A stretch of DNA of 64,000 nt from ANME-2 cluster archaeon. GTDB taxonomy: Archaea > Halobacteriota > Methanosarcinia > Methanosarcinales > Methanocomedenaceae. How positions within the stretch are numbered: the first letter of the stretch is position 1; every line of letters starts with the position of its first letter. The position numbers and the translations under genes are program-made. The DNA is taken from the NCBI GenBank assembly GCA_023544605.1, contig JAMJFQ010000001.1:6410-70409 (forward strand), read 5' to 3'. This document shows, in pieces, positions 30,294-40,748 of the stretch. The notes beneath the pieces were generated by a model. It was not told the DNA's origin. It saw only the letters and a program-made list of their open reading frames with translations, and did no database searches.

Positions 30294-31006
30294 GCAGACA
30301 TCTGAAGAGGATCGCATCCCCAAAGAGCTGGGCCGTATCCAAAAAGACCAATATATGGATCACTAAACCCAACCCAGGTCCTCACTCCGGGAAACAGTCG
30401 ATACCACTGGCAGTTCTTATCAGGGATATGCTGAAACTGACAGATAATTTGAGAGAGACCAAGCGGGTATTGAACGAAGGCAATGTTCTGGTCGACGGGG
30501 TAGTGAGAAGGAACCACAAGTTCCCGGTAGGTGTTTTTGACGTGATCAGCATTCCCAAGATCGAGACCAGTTATAGGATACTCCTGGACCCCAGGGGAAA
30601 GCTGATGGTCAATGAGCTGGACGTGAAAGACCCTAAGAAACCCTGTAAGATACTGAACAAAACCACAATAAAAGGTGGAAAGGTTCAGTTGAACTTACAC
30701 GATGGTACAAATATCATTGCCAGCAATGACTATAATTCCAACGATACAGTCATTTTGACCATACCTGACAAGGGTATAGATAAGCATATCAGATACGAGC
30801 CTGGTAACAAGGCGGTCATCACAGGTGGTACCCATTCAGGGGAACTGGCCAGCATCAAAGAAATCAAGAAAGTGAGAAGCAGCAGACACAACATGGTCGT
30901 GCTCACCAGAAATGATGGTACTGATTTCGAGACTATCGAGGACTATGTGTTCGTGGTAGGAATTGATAAACCAGAGTTCAATCTGGGAGGTGATGTCCAT
31001 GACTGA
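30290..31006 (+). CDS. rps4e: 30S ribosomal protein S4e (eS4)
   Basis: [19 protein letters not shown]... The GTG start overlaps the L24 stop. Confidence 0.93.
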   Translation: MSRHLKRIASPKSWAVSKKTNIWITKPNPGPHSGKQSIPLAVLIRDMLKLTDNLRETKRVLNEGNVLVDGVVRRNHKFPVGVFDVISIPKIETSYRILLDPRGKLMVNELDVKDPKKPCKILNKTTIKGGKVQLNLHDGTNIIASNDYNSNDTVILTIPDKGIDKHIRYEPGNKAVITGGTHSGELASIKEIKKVRSSRHNMVVLTRNDGTDFETIEDYVFVVGIDKPEFNLGGDVHD

Positions 31007-31517
31007 GAATAATGTGATGAGAACGCCGAAGGTCGACAAGCTTACCGTCCATATAGGTGTGGGCGAGAGCGGTGAGAACCTGAACAATGCCGAAGAGATC
31101 CTTAAAACCATTGCCAAGCAGCAAGGTGTAAGAACTAAGGCAAAACGGACATTACTGGCGTTCAGTATCAAAAAGCATGAACCCATCGGCTGCAAAGTAA
31201 TCTTAAGAGGGGAATTGGCCGAGAATTTCTTGAAGACCGGACTGGGTATCATTGAGAACGAATTGAAAGAATCACAGTTCGATGATACAGGTAATTTCAG
31301 TTTCGGGATAGAAGAACACACCGATTTTCCTGAGATGAGATATGACCCTAATATCGGTATTTTCGGTATGGATGTTACAGTATCCCTGATCAGGCCCGGA
31401 TACCGGGTGGCCAGGCGCAAGATACAGAAACAGAAGATACCAAACAGCCATAAGATTACTAAACAAGATGCTATTGCATTTATTAAGGACTCATATGGAG
31501 TGGAGGTACTGGCATGA
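30999..31517 (+). CDS. rpl5: 50S ribosomal protein L5 (uL5)
   Basis: [25 protein letters not shown]... The ATG at 30999 (GGAGGTGA RBS) overlaps the S4e stop by 8 nt. The track start 30963 is an upstream extension. Confidence 0.92.
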   Translation: MTENNVMRTPKVDKLTVHIGVGESGENLNNAEEILKTIAKQQGVRTKAKRTLLAFSIKKHEPIGCKVILRGELAENFLKTGLGIIENELKESQFDDTGNFSFGIEEHTDFPEMRYDPNIGIFGMDVTVSLIRPGYRVARRKIQKQKIPNSHKITKQDAIAFIKDSYGVEVLA

Positions 31518-31681
31518 CAGAAAAAACAGTAGCCCAAACACAACAGAAGTTCGGTCGTGGTGCTAACCAGTGTAAAAGATGCGGCCGGAAACAGGGTCTG
31601 GTACGGAAATACGGAATATACCTATGTCGTCAGTGTTTCAGGGAAATTGCTCCCGACATGGGATTTACCAAGAATTCATGA
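31514..31681 (+). CDS. rps14: 30S ribosomal protein S14 (uS14, zinc-binding type)
   Basis: Below the ORF-track cutoff. My translation is [55 protein letters not shown] (CxxC...CxxC), in the expected L5-S14-S8 position. Confidence 0.9.
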   Translation: MTEKTVAQTQQKFGRGANQCKRCGRKQGLVRKYGIYLCRQCFREIAPDMGFTKNS

Positions 31682-31692
31682 GGTGAAAAAAT

Positions 31693-32085
31693 ATGGTATT
31701 ATTAGACCCACTGGCAGATGCGCTCTCCACAATGAAGAATGCAGAGAGCACAGGCAAGTCTCATTGCATCATTCATCCCGCTTCCAAGCTGATCGGTAAT
31801 GTATTGAAGGTCATGCAGGATATGGGATATGTAGGACAGTTCGAGTTCATAGACGACGGCATGGCCGGTATAATCAAAGTTGAACTCATAGGAAAAATAA
31901 ACAAATGCGGAGTCATAAAACCCAGGTCATCGGTCGGGTATAACGACTTTGAGAGATGGGAGAAACGCTACCTCCCCGCCAGCAATTTCGGTGCCTTGAT
32001 ACTTACCACACCCAAAGGTGTGCAGTCGCATTACGATGCCAGGGCCCAGACAGTTGGCGGCCAGCTGCTTGCATATGTATACTGA
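31693..32085 (+). CDS. rps8: 30S ribosomal protein S8 (uS8)
   Basis: [22 protein letters not shown]..., 130 aa. Confidence 0.93.
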   Translation: MVLLDPLADALSTMKNAESTGKSHCIIHPASKLIGNVLKVMQDMGYVGQFEFIDDGMAGIIKVELIGKINKCGVIKPRSSVGYNDFERWEKRYLPASNFGALILTTPKGVQSHYDARAQTVGGQLLAYVY

Positions 32086-32096
32086 GGTGTGAAATA

Positions 32097-32633
32097 ATGG
32101 CAAAGGAGATAAAAAGAACCGTGGAAATCCCAGATGAAGTGAATGTAGTACTGGAGGGTAGCATGTGTACTGTCACAGGTCCAAAAGGCACTATGTCTCG
32201 TTCACTCTGGTATCCCGGTATCGTTATAGAACTGGTTGATAACCAGGTTACGGTGGATTCACCCAATCCCAGGAAAAAACAGCAGGCCATGATCGGTACC
32301 ATTTCGTCGCACATCAATAATATGGTAAAAGGTGTCACCAATGGGTATACCTATACGATGAAGATGGTATTTTCCCACTTTCCTATTCAGTTGAAGGTTG
32401 AAGGTAATGCCCTAAATATCGGAAATTTCCTTGGCGAGAAGAAACCGAGAAAAGCCAAGATAATGGGTGAAACCACGGTGGATGTCAAAGGTGACGAGGT
32501 AGTGGTCAGTGGTATCAACATTGAAGATGTTGGTCAGACCGCTGCCAATATCCAGCAAGCGACCAAGATAAAGAGATTTGACCCCAGGGTATTCCAGGAC
32601 GGAATATATGTGGTGGAGAAGACGACAGCGTAG
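32097..32633 (+). CDS. rpl6: 50S ribosomal protein L6 (uL6)
   Basis: [31 protein letters not shown]... The ATG at 32097 follows the S8 stop. The track ORF start 31956 is an in-frame upstream extension overlapping S8. Confidence 0.92.
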   Translation: MAKEIKRTVEIPDEVNVVLEGSMCTVTGPKGTMSRSLWYPGIVIELVDNQVTVDSPNPRKKQQAMIGTISSHINNMVKGVTNGYTYTMKMVFSHFPIQLKVEGNALNIGNFLGEKKPRKAKIMGETTVDVKGDEVVVSGINIEDVGQTAANIQQATKIKRFDPRVFQDGIYVVEKTTA

Positions 32634-33371
32634 GTGATGGTAATGGAAGATGCGATAATCGAAGAATTTACTTCACTCAAAGGGGTTGGCGAATCCAAGG
32701 CTAAGGCTCTGTATGAAGCAGGATACACATCATTTGAAGACCTGAACAAAGCCACAGTAGATGAGTTAGCTGCAATTAAAGGAATAACCATACCCTTGGC
32801 CGAGCAGATATTGAATGAAGTTTCTCAGTTCATAGAGGAAGTCGAAACAAAAGAAGCTGAAGAATCCGAGACTGTTGAGGAACTGGAACAAGAAGTGGAA
32901 GAGGTTGAGGAAGAAGAAGGTGAGGATGAGTTTGAGGAGGAGATAGAAGTTGTCCCCACTGCAGAACTTGAAATGGACCCAGAATCCACGAGGCTTCTTA
33001 AGGTTCGGAAGAAGCAAAAGCTCAAAAAACCCCACTTTGTCCAGACAGACCAGCATAAGAAGAAGAAATTAAAGGATACATGGAGAAAACCCAGAGGCTT
33101 ACATAACAAGAAGCGCAAGTATATCCTGGGCAAAGGCGAGATGGCACGTCCGGGATATGGAAGTCCTGTTGCGGTCAAGGGATTGCATCCATCTGGCTTT
33201 GAGGAAGTTCTGCTATCCAGAGCCCGGGACCTTGACAATGTAGACCCTGCTACACAGGCTGTTCGTATTGCCAGGACCGTGGGACAGCGAAAACGCATGG
33301 ATATTGTGAAGAAGGCACTGAGTTTAGGACTGAAGATACTCAATCCACCTTACGAAGAGGAGGTGCAGTGA
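32634..33371 (+). CDS. rpl32e: 50S ribosomal protein L32e (eL32) with N-terminal helix-hairpin-helix and acidic extension
   Basis: The C-terminal ~130 aa are eL32 ([29 protein letters not shown]...). The N-terminus carries [17 protein letters not shown] / [15 protein letters not shown] HhH-like repeats followed by a poly-E stretch. Confidence 0.9.
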   Translation: MMVMEDAIIEEFTSLKGVGESKAKALYEAGYTSFEDLNKATVDELAAIKGITIPLAEQILNEVSQFIEEVETKEAEESETVEELEQEVEEVEEEEGEDEFEEEIEVVPTAELEMDPESTRLLKVRKKQKLKKPHFVQTDQHKKKKLKDTWRKPRGLHNKKRKYILGKGEMARPGYGSPVAVKGLHPSGFEEVLLSRARDLDNVDPATQAVRIARTVGQRKRMDIVKKALSLGLKILNPPYEEEVQ

Positions 33372-33372
33372 G

Positions 33373-33825
33373 ATGTCTGATCTCAGAAACCAGAAGACGA
33401 TTGCAGCCAAAGTGTTGAAGGTAGGGGTGCACCGTGTATGGTTCGACCCGGAAGCAGCAGGTGAGATCGCTAATGCCATCACCCGGGAAGATGTGAGGGA
33501 ACTCATATCCAGCGGTGTGATAAAAGCCCATCCTGTGAAAGGTGTATCCAGGGGTCGTGCCCGGAAGGTGGATGTCAAAAGGGCATATGGACACCGCAAA
33601 GGTCACGGTTCCAGAAGCGGGGCCAAAGGCGCCCGCAATCCCCGAAAACAGCAGTGGATCAAGAAAATACGTGCCCTCAGGAGAAGACTACACGAACTAA
33701 AGGCCGATGGTACACTGGATAAATCTGCTTACTGCACCATGTACCGCAAGGCTAAAGGTGGCGTGTACAGGAACGTGGCACATATGGAAGCGCATATCGA
33801 ATCCATTGAACTCAAGGAGACATGA
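33373..33825 (+). CDS. rpl19e: 50S ribosomal protein L19e (eL19)
   Basis: [27 protein letters not shown]..., 150 aa. Confidence 0.93.
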   Translation: MSDLRNQKTIAAKVLKVGVHRVWFDPEAAGEIANAITREDVRELISSGVIKAHPVKGVSRGRARKVDVKRAYGHRKGHGSRSGAKGARNPRKQQWIKKIRALRRRLHELKADGTLDKSAYCTMYRKAKGGVYRNVAHMEAHIESIELKET

Positions 33826-34355
33826 CGATTATGGCAACAGGACCAAGATACAAAGTAGCATTTAGACGTAGAAGGGAGGGAAGGACAGATTTTCACCAGC
33901 GGCTCAAATTGCTGGTGTCTAAACAGACAAGGATAGTGGCACGCAGGAGCCTGAAACATATGAGACTCCAGCTGGTAATAGCAAAGCCCGAAGGTGATTA
34001 TACTTTGGTCCATGCCGATTCCACTGAACTCGGTAGTTTTGGCTATGCTGGCCCCACAGGTAATACCCCTTCGGCGTACCTTACAGGACTGCTTTTTGGA
34101 TATAAAGTACAACAAGCCGGGTATGAGAACGCGGTGCTGGATATGGGACTACAGGTCTCATCCAAGGGAAACCGGATATATGCCGCATTGAAGGGCATTG
34201 TGGATTCCGGTCTGGATGTACCCCATGACCCTGTGATATTCCCAGACGAGCCCAGAATAAGGGGTGAAGTGATCATGGAGTATACAGGTATAGATATCCC
34301 TGCAATGTTCGATGAGACCTCGGCGAAGATTAAAAATGAATTCGGGGAGGATTAA
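33822..34355 (+). CDS. rpl18: 50S ribosomal protein L18 (uL18)
   Basis: [27 protein letters not shown]... The start overlaps the L19e stop. An alternative ATG is at 33831. Confidence 0.93.
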   Translation: MTIMATGPRYKVAFRRRREGRTDFHQRLKLLVSKQTRIVARRSLKHMRLQLVIAKPEGDYTLVHADSTELGSFGYAGPTGNTPSAYLTGLLFGYKVQQAGYENAVLDMGLQVSSKGNRIYAALKGIVDSGLDVPHDPVIFPDEPRIRGEVIMEYTGIDIPAMFDETSAKIKNEFGED

Positions 34356-34358
34356 ATA

Positions 34359-34979
34359 ATGGCATATAGTTACGAGACAGAATGGGTCCCAATAACCAGA
34401 TTAGGGACACTGGTAAAAGAAGGCCAGGTCACCTCAATGGATGAGGCCCTGGAATCAGGTCTTCCCATCAGAGAACCCCAGATCGTTGATACACTGCTTC
34501 CTGAACTGAAGGAAGAAGTACTGGACATTAATATGGTTCAGAGAATGACCGACTCTGGTCGGCGAGTGAAGTTCAGAGCCGTAGTGGTTGTGGGCAATGA
34601 GGATGGTTTTATTGGCCTGGGTCAGGGTAAGGATGCCCAGGTAGGACCCGCCATACGCAAGGCTATCGACATTGCCAAACTGAACATATCAGGCGTAAAG
34701 AGAGGTTGCGGTTCATGGGAATGCGGTTGTGGCATAGAGCATACCGTTCCTTTTGAGGTAGTGGGTAAGATGGGTAGTGTCAAGGTGATACTGAAACCAG
34801 CTCCAAGAGGTTTGGGACTGGCTGCTGGAAAGACTGCCAAGACCGTTATGCAACTGGCCGGTATCAAGGATGTCTGGACCAGGACCGAGGGCCAGACCAG
34901 GACTACACTTAATTTTGCAAAAGCTACCTTCGAAGCGCTGAAAAAGACAGCAGTAATACGTACCAAGGGGGTAAAGTAA
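34359..34979 (+). CDS. rps5: 30S ribosomal protein S5 (uS5)
   Basis: 206 aa, ...[31 protein letters not shown]... Confidence 0.93.
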   Translation: MAYSYETEWVPITRLGTLVKEGQVTSMDEALESGLPIREPQIVDTLLPELKEEVLDINMVQRMTDSGRRVKFRAVVVVGNEDGFIGLGQGKDAQVGPAIRKAIDIAKLNISGVKRGCGSWECGCGIEHTVPFEVVGKMGSVKVILKPAPRGLGLAAGKTAKTVMQLAGIKDVWTRTEGQTRTTLNFAKATFEALKKTAVIRTKGVK

Positions 34980-35440
34980 TGTACTCTGTGGTACGGCTTA
35001 GAAGTACCGTCAATACCAGACCCGAGATAAGGGATACCCTTAAGATGCTCAGGCTGAACAGGGTCAATCATTGTGTTGTTCTCAGTGAGAATGTCCATAA
35101 CAAGGGTATGATCCAGAAAGTGAAGGATTATGTGGCATGGGGTAACATCACCCCGGAAGCTCTTGCGCAATTGATGCATAAAAGGGGCGAATTGAGGGGC
35201 GGTGCCAGGTTGACCGATGAATATGTGAAGGAGCATACATCATTCGATGGTATTGATGCACTGGCGCAGGCTATCCATTCAGGCGACATTTCTATGAAGG
35301 ATGTGCCGCAGCTCAAACCGCTGTTCAGGCTTCATCCTCCCAGAAAAGGACACAAAGGTATCAAGAAGACTGTGCCTGAAGGCGGTGTACTGGGATATCA
35401 TGGCGAGGACATTAATGCCCTCCTTCATAAGATGAGGTGA
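34979..35440 (+). CDS. rpl30: 50S ribosomal protein L30 (uL30)
   Basis: [34 protein letters not shown]..., 153 aa. Confidence 0.92.
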   Translation: MYSVVRLRSTVNTRPEIRDTLKMLRLNRVNHCVVLSENVHNKGMIQKVKDYVAWGNITPEALAQLMHKRGELRGGARLTDEYVKEHTSFDGIDALAQAIHSGDISMKDVPQLKPLFRLHPPRKGHKGIKKTVPEGGVLGYHGEDINALLHKMR

Positions 35441-35445
35441 TTCAT

Positions 35446-35940
35446 ATGAAAAAGAATGTAAGCAAATTCAGAGGTTCACGGACATGTGGAGGCGGTACCC
35501 ATAAGAACCGGAGAGGCGGTGGCAGCCGTGGAGGACGCGGCAAAGCAGGTGGATGTAAACACCATTTTGTACGCAACTACCTCAATGGCCTTGCCTATGG
35601 GAAACACGGCTTCAAACGACCACAGAAGATGTTATCTTATCTGCCTATCGTGAACGTGGGTGAACTGGATGAACTGGCTGAACAACTGGTTTTGGACGCC
35701 CAGGCGCAAAAGGAAGGCGACGTATTCCACATAAACCTGGCTGAATTGTACATTGATAAGGTGCTGGGCAGCGGTATGGTGACCAAATCCATGGTGTTGA
35801 CGGTTTCACAATGCAGCGAGAAAGCAAAGACCAAGATAGAAGAGGCTGGCGGTAGCGTTGTGGAGTATGTTCCATCAGGGGTCGAGCAGTTTCCCGAGCC
35901 GCAAGAGCCTTTTGAACCGGTTGATGAAAAAATCGACTAA
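35446..35940 (+). CDS. rpl15: 50S ribosomal protein L15 (uL15)
   Basis: [35 protein letters not shown]... The ATG at 35446 has a GAGGTGA RBS (track start 35437). Confidence 0.92.
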   Translation: MKKNVSKFRGSRTCGGGTHKNRRGGGSRGGRGKAGGCKHHFVRNYLNGLAYGKHGFKRPQKMLSYLPIVNVGELDELAEQLVLDAQAQKEGDVFHINLAELYIDKVLGSGMVTKSMVLTVSQCSEKAKTKIEEAGGSVVEYVPSGVEQFPEPQEPFEPVDEKID

Positions 35941-35959
35941 AATTATGAAATTGGAATAG

Positions 35960-35986
35960 AAAACAATAATGTTAAATTATTGTTTT
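35960..35986 (+). terminator. Perfect 11-bp stem hairpin between rpl15 and secY (possible terminator/attenuator)
   Basis: AAAACAATAAT-GTTAA-ATTATTGTTTT read directly. The 3' arm ends in a T4 run, in the 74-nt L15-SecY spacer. Confidence 0.35.
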
Positions 35987-36023
35987 ACTATTCAATTATT
36001 CTAATAATACACAGGTGCATCTG

Positions 36024-37565
36024 ATGACCTTCAAGGATACTATAGAACCATTTTTAAGAAGACTGCCTGCGGTGTCAAGACCTGAAGGGCATGTGCATTT
36101 CAAGAAGAAACTGGGCTGGACCATAGGTATATTGCTCCTTTACTTCGCCCTGTCCAATATTCCTCTTTTTGGCATGTCCGCGGAATCCATAGACCTGTTT
36201 GAACAGTACAGAGCATTCTTTGCCGGGGCCTCAGGCTCACTCATGCTATTAGGTATCGGCCCCATTGTTACTGCATCCATCGTGCTGCAATTATTGGTAG
36301 GTGCTGATGTAATCAGGATGGACCTGAGTGACCCGCAGGACCAGGCTATCTTCCAGGGAACCCAGAAATTACTGGTGTTTGTTATGATCGTGCTGGAATC
36401 TTTACCCCAGATATTGGGCGGATATATCCTTCCGGATATTGGTCTGGCAACGATACTCTCAGCGGATTTTAATCTTTCACCGGCAGGTGGAGTGGATCTG
36501 GTCATATTAATAATCTTTATCCAGATATTCATTGGCGGCACTCTGGTGCTGTTCATGGATGAGGTGGTATCCAAATGGGGTATCGGTTCAGGTGTCGGCC
36601 TGTTCATTGTGGCAGGTGTGGCCCAGTCGATCGTAACGGGCCTGTTCAGTATCACCAGACCAGGCGGACCTGGCAGTGCACCTGTCGGATTGCTCCCTAA
36701 ATGGTTGTTTTTCACCACTGATGTGGGGCTGGGTAACTTGCTGGCAGACAATATGTTCCAGAACGTGTTCATTGACGGTGGAATACTAGCACTGATTAGT
36801 ACAATTTTGATATTCCTCATGGTAGTGTATGTGGAATCTACACGTATCGAGATCCCCTTGGCACACAGTGCAGTTCGGGGTGCCAGAGGACGATTCCCTG
36901 TCAAGCTTATCTATGCCAGTGTGCTTCCCATGATCCTGGTCAGGGCACTGCAGGCCAATCTCCAGATGATTGGTCTGCTACTGTACGGCAAGGGGATCAC
37001 ATTCCTTGGCACGTTCACCGGTAATACTGCAACCAGTGGACTGATGTATTACCTGGCACCTCTTAACAGTCCCAGTGACTGGATACCCAGTCTGGTGAAA
37101 CAGAACTTCGCCGACCTTAATACCCAGTATGCCAACACGACAGGGTTTGTACCTGTGGATGTGCCAGCCACTTGGCAGATAGGTATGCATGTGTTTGTCG
37201 ATGCTGCCATGTTGATCCTTGGCGGAATCATATTTGCGCTGTTCTGGGTGGAAACCACAGGAATGAACGCCAAGAACACAGCCCAGAAGATACACAATTC
37301 GGGTATGCAGATACCGGGATTCAGGCGGAACATTGACAGTATCGAGCGGGTTATGAACCGGTACATCCCCAGGGTTACTATTATCGGCGGTGCTTTTATC
37401 GGCCTGTTGACACTGGTGGCCAGCTTATTGGGCACGCTGGGAGGTGCGGGTGGTACAGGTCTGCTGCTGGCTGTAAGTATTGTGTATCGTCTGTATGAGG
37501 ACCTGGCATCCGAACAGATGATGGAGATGCATCCAATGATGAGACAGTTCCTTGGAGGCACCTGA
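36024..37565 (+). CDS. secY: Preprotein translocase subunit SecY
   Basis: About 513 aa with 10 hydrophobic segments. ...LGIGPIVTASIVLQLL... plus the operon position after L15. The track start is 36015 (GTG). Confidence 0.93.
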   Translation: MTFKDTIEPFLRRLPAVSRPEGHVHFKKKLGWTIGILLLYFALSNIPLFGMSAESIDLFEQYRAFFAGASGSLMLLGIGPIVTASIVLQLLVGADVIRMDLSDPQDQAIFQGTQKLLVFVMIVLESLPQILGGYILPDIGLATILSADFNLSPAGGVDLVILIIFIQIFIGGTLVLFMDEVVSKWGIGSGVGLFIVAGVAQSIVTGLFSITRPGGPGSAPVGLLPKWLFFTTDVGLGNLLADNMFQNVFIDGGILALISTILIFLMVVYVESTRIEIPLAHSAVRGARGRFPVKLIYASVLPMILVRALQANLQMIGLLLYGKGITFLGTFTGNTATSGLMYYLAPLNSPSDWIPSLVKQNFADLNTQYANTTGFVPVDVPATWQIGMHVFVDAAMLILGGIIFALFWVETTGMNAKNTAQKIHNSGMQIPGFRRNIDSIERVMNRYIPRVTIIGGAFIGLLTLVASLLGTLGGAGGTGLLLAVSIVYRLYEDLASEQMMEMHPMMRQFLGGT

Positions 37566-37569
37566 AACA

Positions 37570-38220
37570 ATGGTCAATCTGGTACTGGTGGGTGCACCAG
37601 GCGCGGGCAAAGGTACCCAGGCCATGAAGATCTCACAGAAATACGCTATACCTCATATATCCACGGGTGATATTTTGAGGGACAACCTGGAACGGGGTAC
37701 CCAACTGGGTCTTCAAGCAAAGGAATTCATGGACCGCGGGGAACTGGTACCTGACATTGTGCTAATAGGTATTATTAAAGACAGGCTGTCAGAGCCGGAT
37801 ACTGCTACAGGGTTTCTGCTGGACGGTTATCCGCGCACATTTCCACAGGCTGAGGCATTGGATGATATTCTGGGCCAGATAACAAAGGAACTGGATGTGG
37901 TGATCGATATCGAAGTACCGGATGAGGTACTGGTTAAGCGGTTGGCTGGAAGGAGGATGTGCCGCTGTGGTGCCAGTTATCATGTACTATTCAACCCACC
38001 AGAGGTAGACGGGAAATGTGATCATTGTGATGGGGAGCTGTACCAGCGGGATGATGATACCGAAGAAGCTGTGAAAACAAGATTGGTGGCCTATTATGCC
38101 CAGACCCACCCATTGATTGATTATTATAGCACGAAAGGTCTGCTCAGGACCGTGAACGGTACTGGCAGCATCGATGATATTTTTAGAGAAATATGTGCTG
38201 CAATAGATCGGATATTGTAG
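37570..38220 (+). CDS. adk: Adenylate kinase (bacterial-type, Cys4 zinc lid)
   Basis: MVNLVLVGAPGAGKGTQA P-loop; lid CRCGASYH...CDHCDG. The ATG at 37570 is preferred over the track start 37552, which overlaps secY. Confidence 0.92.
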   Translation: MVNLVLVGAPGAGKGTQAMKISQKYAIPHISTGDILRDNLERGTQLGLQAKEFMDRGELVPDIVLIGIIKDRLSEPDTATGFLLDGYPRTFPQAEALDDILGQITKELDVVIDIEVPDEVLVKRLAGRRMCRCGASYHVLFNPPEVDGKCDHCDGELYQRDDDTEEAVKTRLVAYYAQTHPLIDYYSTKGLLRTVNGTGSIDDIFREICAAIDRIL

Positions 38221-38232
38221 TTGGGAATAAGC

Positions 38233-38844
38233 ATGTCGAACACAAACTGGAAGCAGACACTGGATAGGGCCGCATTAGCCCTTGGTTTCGGACTGATGCT
38301 CGGAATTATTGTATTAGGAGAAAATTTCAGGGTACAGGTAGGGGAAGTAGTTCAAATTATGCTTGGCCCATTGCCCGAGATGTTACCTTTTCACATAATG
38401 CTGTTCGTCATGGCTGCTATTACCGGTCTGTATGCTTCGCTGATACAGAAATACACCATGGACTGGGAACTGATGCGGCGGGTGCAGGACCAGATGAAGC
38501 ATTTCCAGCAGGAGTTCAAGGAAGCGCAAATGGCAGATAACCAGGCTAAAATAAAGAAACTGGAAGCACAGCGCTCAGTCATGATGGAAGACCAGATGAA
38601 GATGAGTAAACAGCAGTTCAAACCCATGGCATATATCAGTATTATCTCGTTGCCACTGTTCATGTGGGCATACCTGTTCATTAGCCAGCACCCTGATCCC
38701 ATATTGATATTTCCGTTCTGGGGCGAGAAGATCCTGACCGGTTTTGCACTGGGACCCATCCAGTACTGGATATACTGGTATTTTATCTGTAGTATGCCAA
38801 TAAGCCAGATCATACGAAAGAGCCTGAACATCGGCGGCGTTTGA
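38233..38844 (+). CDS. DUF106-family membrane protein (archaeal Oxa1/YidC/EMC3-like insertase homolog)
   Basis: Three hydrophobic segments with a long charged coiled segment between TM1 and TM2 (QDQMKHFQQEFKEAQMADNQAKIKKLEAQR). The secY-adk-DUF106-cmk neighbourhood is conserved. Confidence 0.7.
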   Translation: MSNTNWKQTLDRAALALGFGLMLGIIVLGENFRVQVGEVVQIMLGPLPEMLPFHIMLFVMAAITGLYASLIQKYTMDWELMRRVQDQMKHFQQEFKEAQMADNQAKIKKLEAQRSVMMEDQMKMSKQQFKPMAYISIISLPLFMWAYLFISQHPDPILIFPFWGEKILTGFALGPIQYWIYWYFICSMPISQIIRKSLNIGGV

Positions 38845-38846
38845 AT

Positions 38847-39386
38847 ATGATAATCACTGTAAGCGGTCCTCCGGGGAGCGGGAAGAGTACGCTTTCAAAG
38901 ATCATTGCGAAACATTTCAACCTCGAACTTGTATCATCAGGCGATGTATTCCGTGCTATGGCTGCAAAGCGCAATGTGAGTTTGGAGGAGTTCGGGCATA
39001 TTGCCGAGGCTGATCCTGCCATTGATAAGGAGATAGACCTTTCACAGATGGAACTATCAAAGACCGGGGGGGATTTCCTATTCGAGGGTAGGCTTTCGGG
39101 CAGGTTGATAGATGCTGATCTGAAGATCATGCTCAAGACCGATATGCAGGTCAGGGCGCGCAGGATATCTGAGCGGGAAAATATCCCTTTGGAGCAAGCT
39201 ATGCATGAGACCGTTGAGCGCCAGGAGAGTGAGGCTAAGCGGTACCTGAAATACTATGGTTTTGACAATTCTGATTTGACGCTGTATGACCTGGTGCTGG
39301 AGTCCAGTGTGTGGGACCCGCAGGCAATCGCAAATATCGCCATTACAGCAATTGAATCAATGAAGGATAAAGAGCGGAGGGGTTAG
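38847..39386 (+). CDS. cmk: Cytidylate kinase (archaeal type)
   Basis: MIITVSGPPGSGKSTLSKIIA...SSGDVFR. Confidence 0.88.
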   Translation: MIITVSGPPGSGKSTLSKIIAKHFNLELVSSGDVFRAMAAKRNVSLEEFGHIAEADPAIDKEIDLSQMELSKTGGDFLFEGRLSGRLIDADLKIMLKTDMQVRARRISERENIPLEQAMHETVERQESEAKRYLKYYGFDNSDLTLYDLVLESSVWDPQAIANIAITAIESMKDKERRG

Positions 39387-40394
39387 ATGAAGCGCACACT
39401 GCCTGCTGATATCGAGCGGGAATTGAAAGAGAAGGTAGATGATACCACTGACCCTACATATGGATTTCTGCCTAACAAACGCCCTATACTGGAGCACATT
39501 AAGAATGGGGTCATCAATCTGGACAAACCGTCCGGGCCGACCAGCCACGAGGTAGTGTCCTGGATAAAGAAGATACTTGACCTACCCAGGGCAGGACACG
39601 GCGGGACACTGGACCCCAAGGTCACGGGACTGCTGCCTGTAATGCTGGGAGATGCTACCAAGTCAGTGGGGGCGCTGATGAGTGCAGGGAAAGAATATAT
39701 ATGTTTAATGAAATTACACTCCACCGTAAAAAAGACCGCTCTTAACAGGGTTGTCCAGGAGTTTACCGGTCCGATTTACCAAAGACCTCCGGTCAAGTCT
39801 GCAGTGAAGCGTGAGGTAAGGATAAGGAATATCTATTACCTTGATATCCTTGAGATGGAAGGTACCAGCGTGCTGATGCGCGTTGGTTGTGAGTCTGGGA
39901 CCTATATCCGGAAGCTGTGTCATGATATGGGCGCGGCGCTGGGTACTGGTGCACATATGCAGGAACTCCGGCGTACACGCAGCGGACCGTTTCAAGAAGA
40001 CGACAGCAAGATAACGCTGTTCGATCTGAAGGATGCGATGGTGATATACCAGGAGTCCGGGGATGAGAGCGAATTGCGGCGGGTGATACTGCCAATGGAG
40101 GCGGGTCTTGTCCATTTGCCCCGCATCGTGATACGCGACAGCACTGTGGATGCCATCTGTCATGGAGCCAGCCTGGCCGCACCCGGTGTGGTGAAGGTTG
40201 ATACCGGTATGAACCCGGGTGACAGGGCACTGGTCATGAGCCTGAAGGGCGAAGCGGTGGCGCTGGCAGATACCTTGATGGACTCGGATGCCATGCTGGA
40301 AGCGGATACCGGTCTGGTGGCCAATACAAAACGGGTGCTGATGCCTGAAGGTATGTATCCAAAGGGTTGGACAGCAAAGACGAAAAAAAGGTGA
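39387..40394 (+). CDS. cbf5: tRNA/rRNA pseudouridine synthase Cbf5 (TruB family with PUA domain)
   Basis: 335 aa: GVINLDKPSGPTSHEV, GHGGTLDPKVTGLLPV (catalytic Asp motif), C-terminal PUA-like region. Confidence 0.92.
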   Translation: MKRTLPADIERELKEKVDDTTDPTYGFLPNKRPILEHIKNGVINLDKPSGPTSHEVVSWIKKILDLPRAGHGGTLDPKVTGLLPVMLGDATKSVGALMSAGKEYICLMKLHSTVKKTALNRVVQEFTGPIYQRPPVKSAVKREVRIRNIYYLDILEMEGTSVLMRVGCESGTYIRKLCHDMGAALGTGAHMQELRRTRSGPFQEDDSKITLFDLKDAMVIYQESGDESELRRVILPMEAGLVHLPRIVIRDSTVDAICHGASLAAPGVVKVDTGMNPGDRALVMSLKGEAVALADTLMDSDAMLEADTGLVANTKRVLMPEGMYPKGWTAKTKKR

Positions 40395-40444
40395 CAAAAC
40401 GGACTGAAAAATTATCAGTTAAACGAAAAATAAGACACCTATAA

Positions 40445-40529
40445 GCCGAGGTAGTCTAGCGGTATGGCGCAAGCCTGGAAAGCTTGTGGGGCTTGGTTCC
40501 CCTCGGGAGTTCGAATCTCCCCCTCGGCG
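40445..40529 (+). tRNA. tRNA-Ser (anticodon GGA)
   Basis: Hand-folded. Acceptor GCCGAGG/CCTCGGC + G; anticodon stem CAAGC/GCTTG with loop CTGGAAA. Long variable arm (GGGG...CCCC) typical of Ser; T arm GGGAG-TTCGAAT-CTCCC. No encoded CCA. A T5 run follows. Confidence 0.9.
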
Positions 40530-40530
40530 C

Positions 40531-40740
40531 TTATTTTTCTGAAATGCTCACCGCACCCTTGCAATCCTCAACACAAACCCCGCACCCGATACACTTCTCA
40601 GGGTCCACCACAGGCTTTTCCATCAAAAACACATTGATCTTCCTTCGCGTAATAGCACCCTGCTTGCATACATCAGGCAGCGGGCACATGGGTGAATTAT
40701 CACATTGGTCAGGGTCGATATACGCTACTTTTTTAGCCAT
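40531..40740 (-). CDS. Small 4Fe-4S ferredoxin-domain protein
   Basis: MAKKVAYIDPDQCDNSPMCPLPDVCKQGAI...CIGCGVCVEDC. The ATG at 40740 follows the upstream methyltransferase stop by 8 nt (track start 40770). Confidence 0.7.
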   Translation of the reverse strand: MAKKVAYIDPDQCDNSPMCPLPDVCKQGAITRRKINVFLMEKPVVDPEKCIGCGVCVEDCKGAVSISEK

Positions 40741-40748
40741 CTTATGAT

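Noticed and set aside
30836-31543. 235-aa minus-strand ORF inside the ribosomal operon
   Set aside because: Antisense to rps4e, rpl5 and rps14, which are unambiguous. Shadow ORF.
31557-31799. 80-aa plus-strand ORF in the track
   Set aside because: It is out of frame across the real S14 (31514-31681) and the S8 start. The S14 frame gives a textbook zinc-ribbon uS14, so this ORF is an artefact.
31956-32096. Upstream extension of the L6 ORF (track start 31956)
   Set aside because: It overlaps the S8 coding region. The ATG at 32097, just after the S8 stop, yields the canonical MAKEIKR... L6 N-terminus.
32634-32990. N-terminal HhH plus poly-Glu extension on L32e as a possible novelty
   Set aside because: From memory, long N-terminal extensions on eL32 are already known in the Halobacteria/Methanosarcinales branch (for example the ~240-aa Haloarcula protein). 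Likely lineage-typical, not new.
34622-35236. 204-aa minus-strand ORF
   Set aside because: Antisense to rps5 and rpl30. Shadow ORF with no motif support.
36140-37570. Two long minus-strand ORFs (254 and 173 aa)
   Set aside because: Both are antisense to secY. Pro/Ser-rich junk-like translation.
38844-39387. Expected small ribosomal protein genes (L34e, L14e) between cmk and cbf5, as in some archaeal operons
   Set aside because: cmk and cbf5 abut with no room for extra ORFs. Their absence here probably just means they are encoded elsewhere, which cannot be judged from this window.
39714-40397. 227-aa minus-strand ORF and a nested 145-aa ORF
   Set aside because: Antisense to cbf5. His/Gln/Pro-rich translation without motifs.
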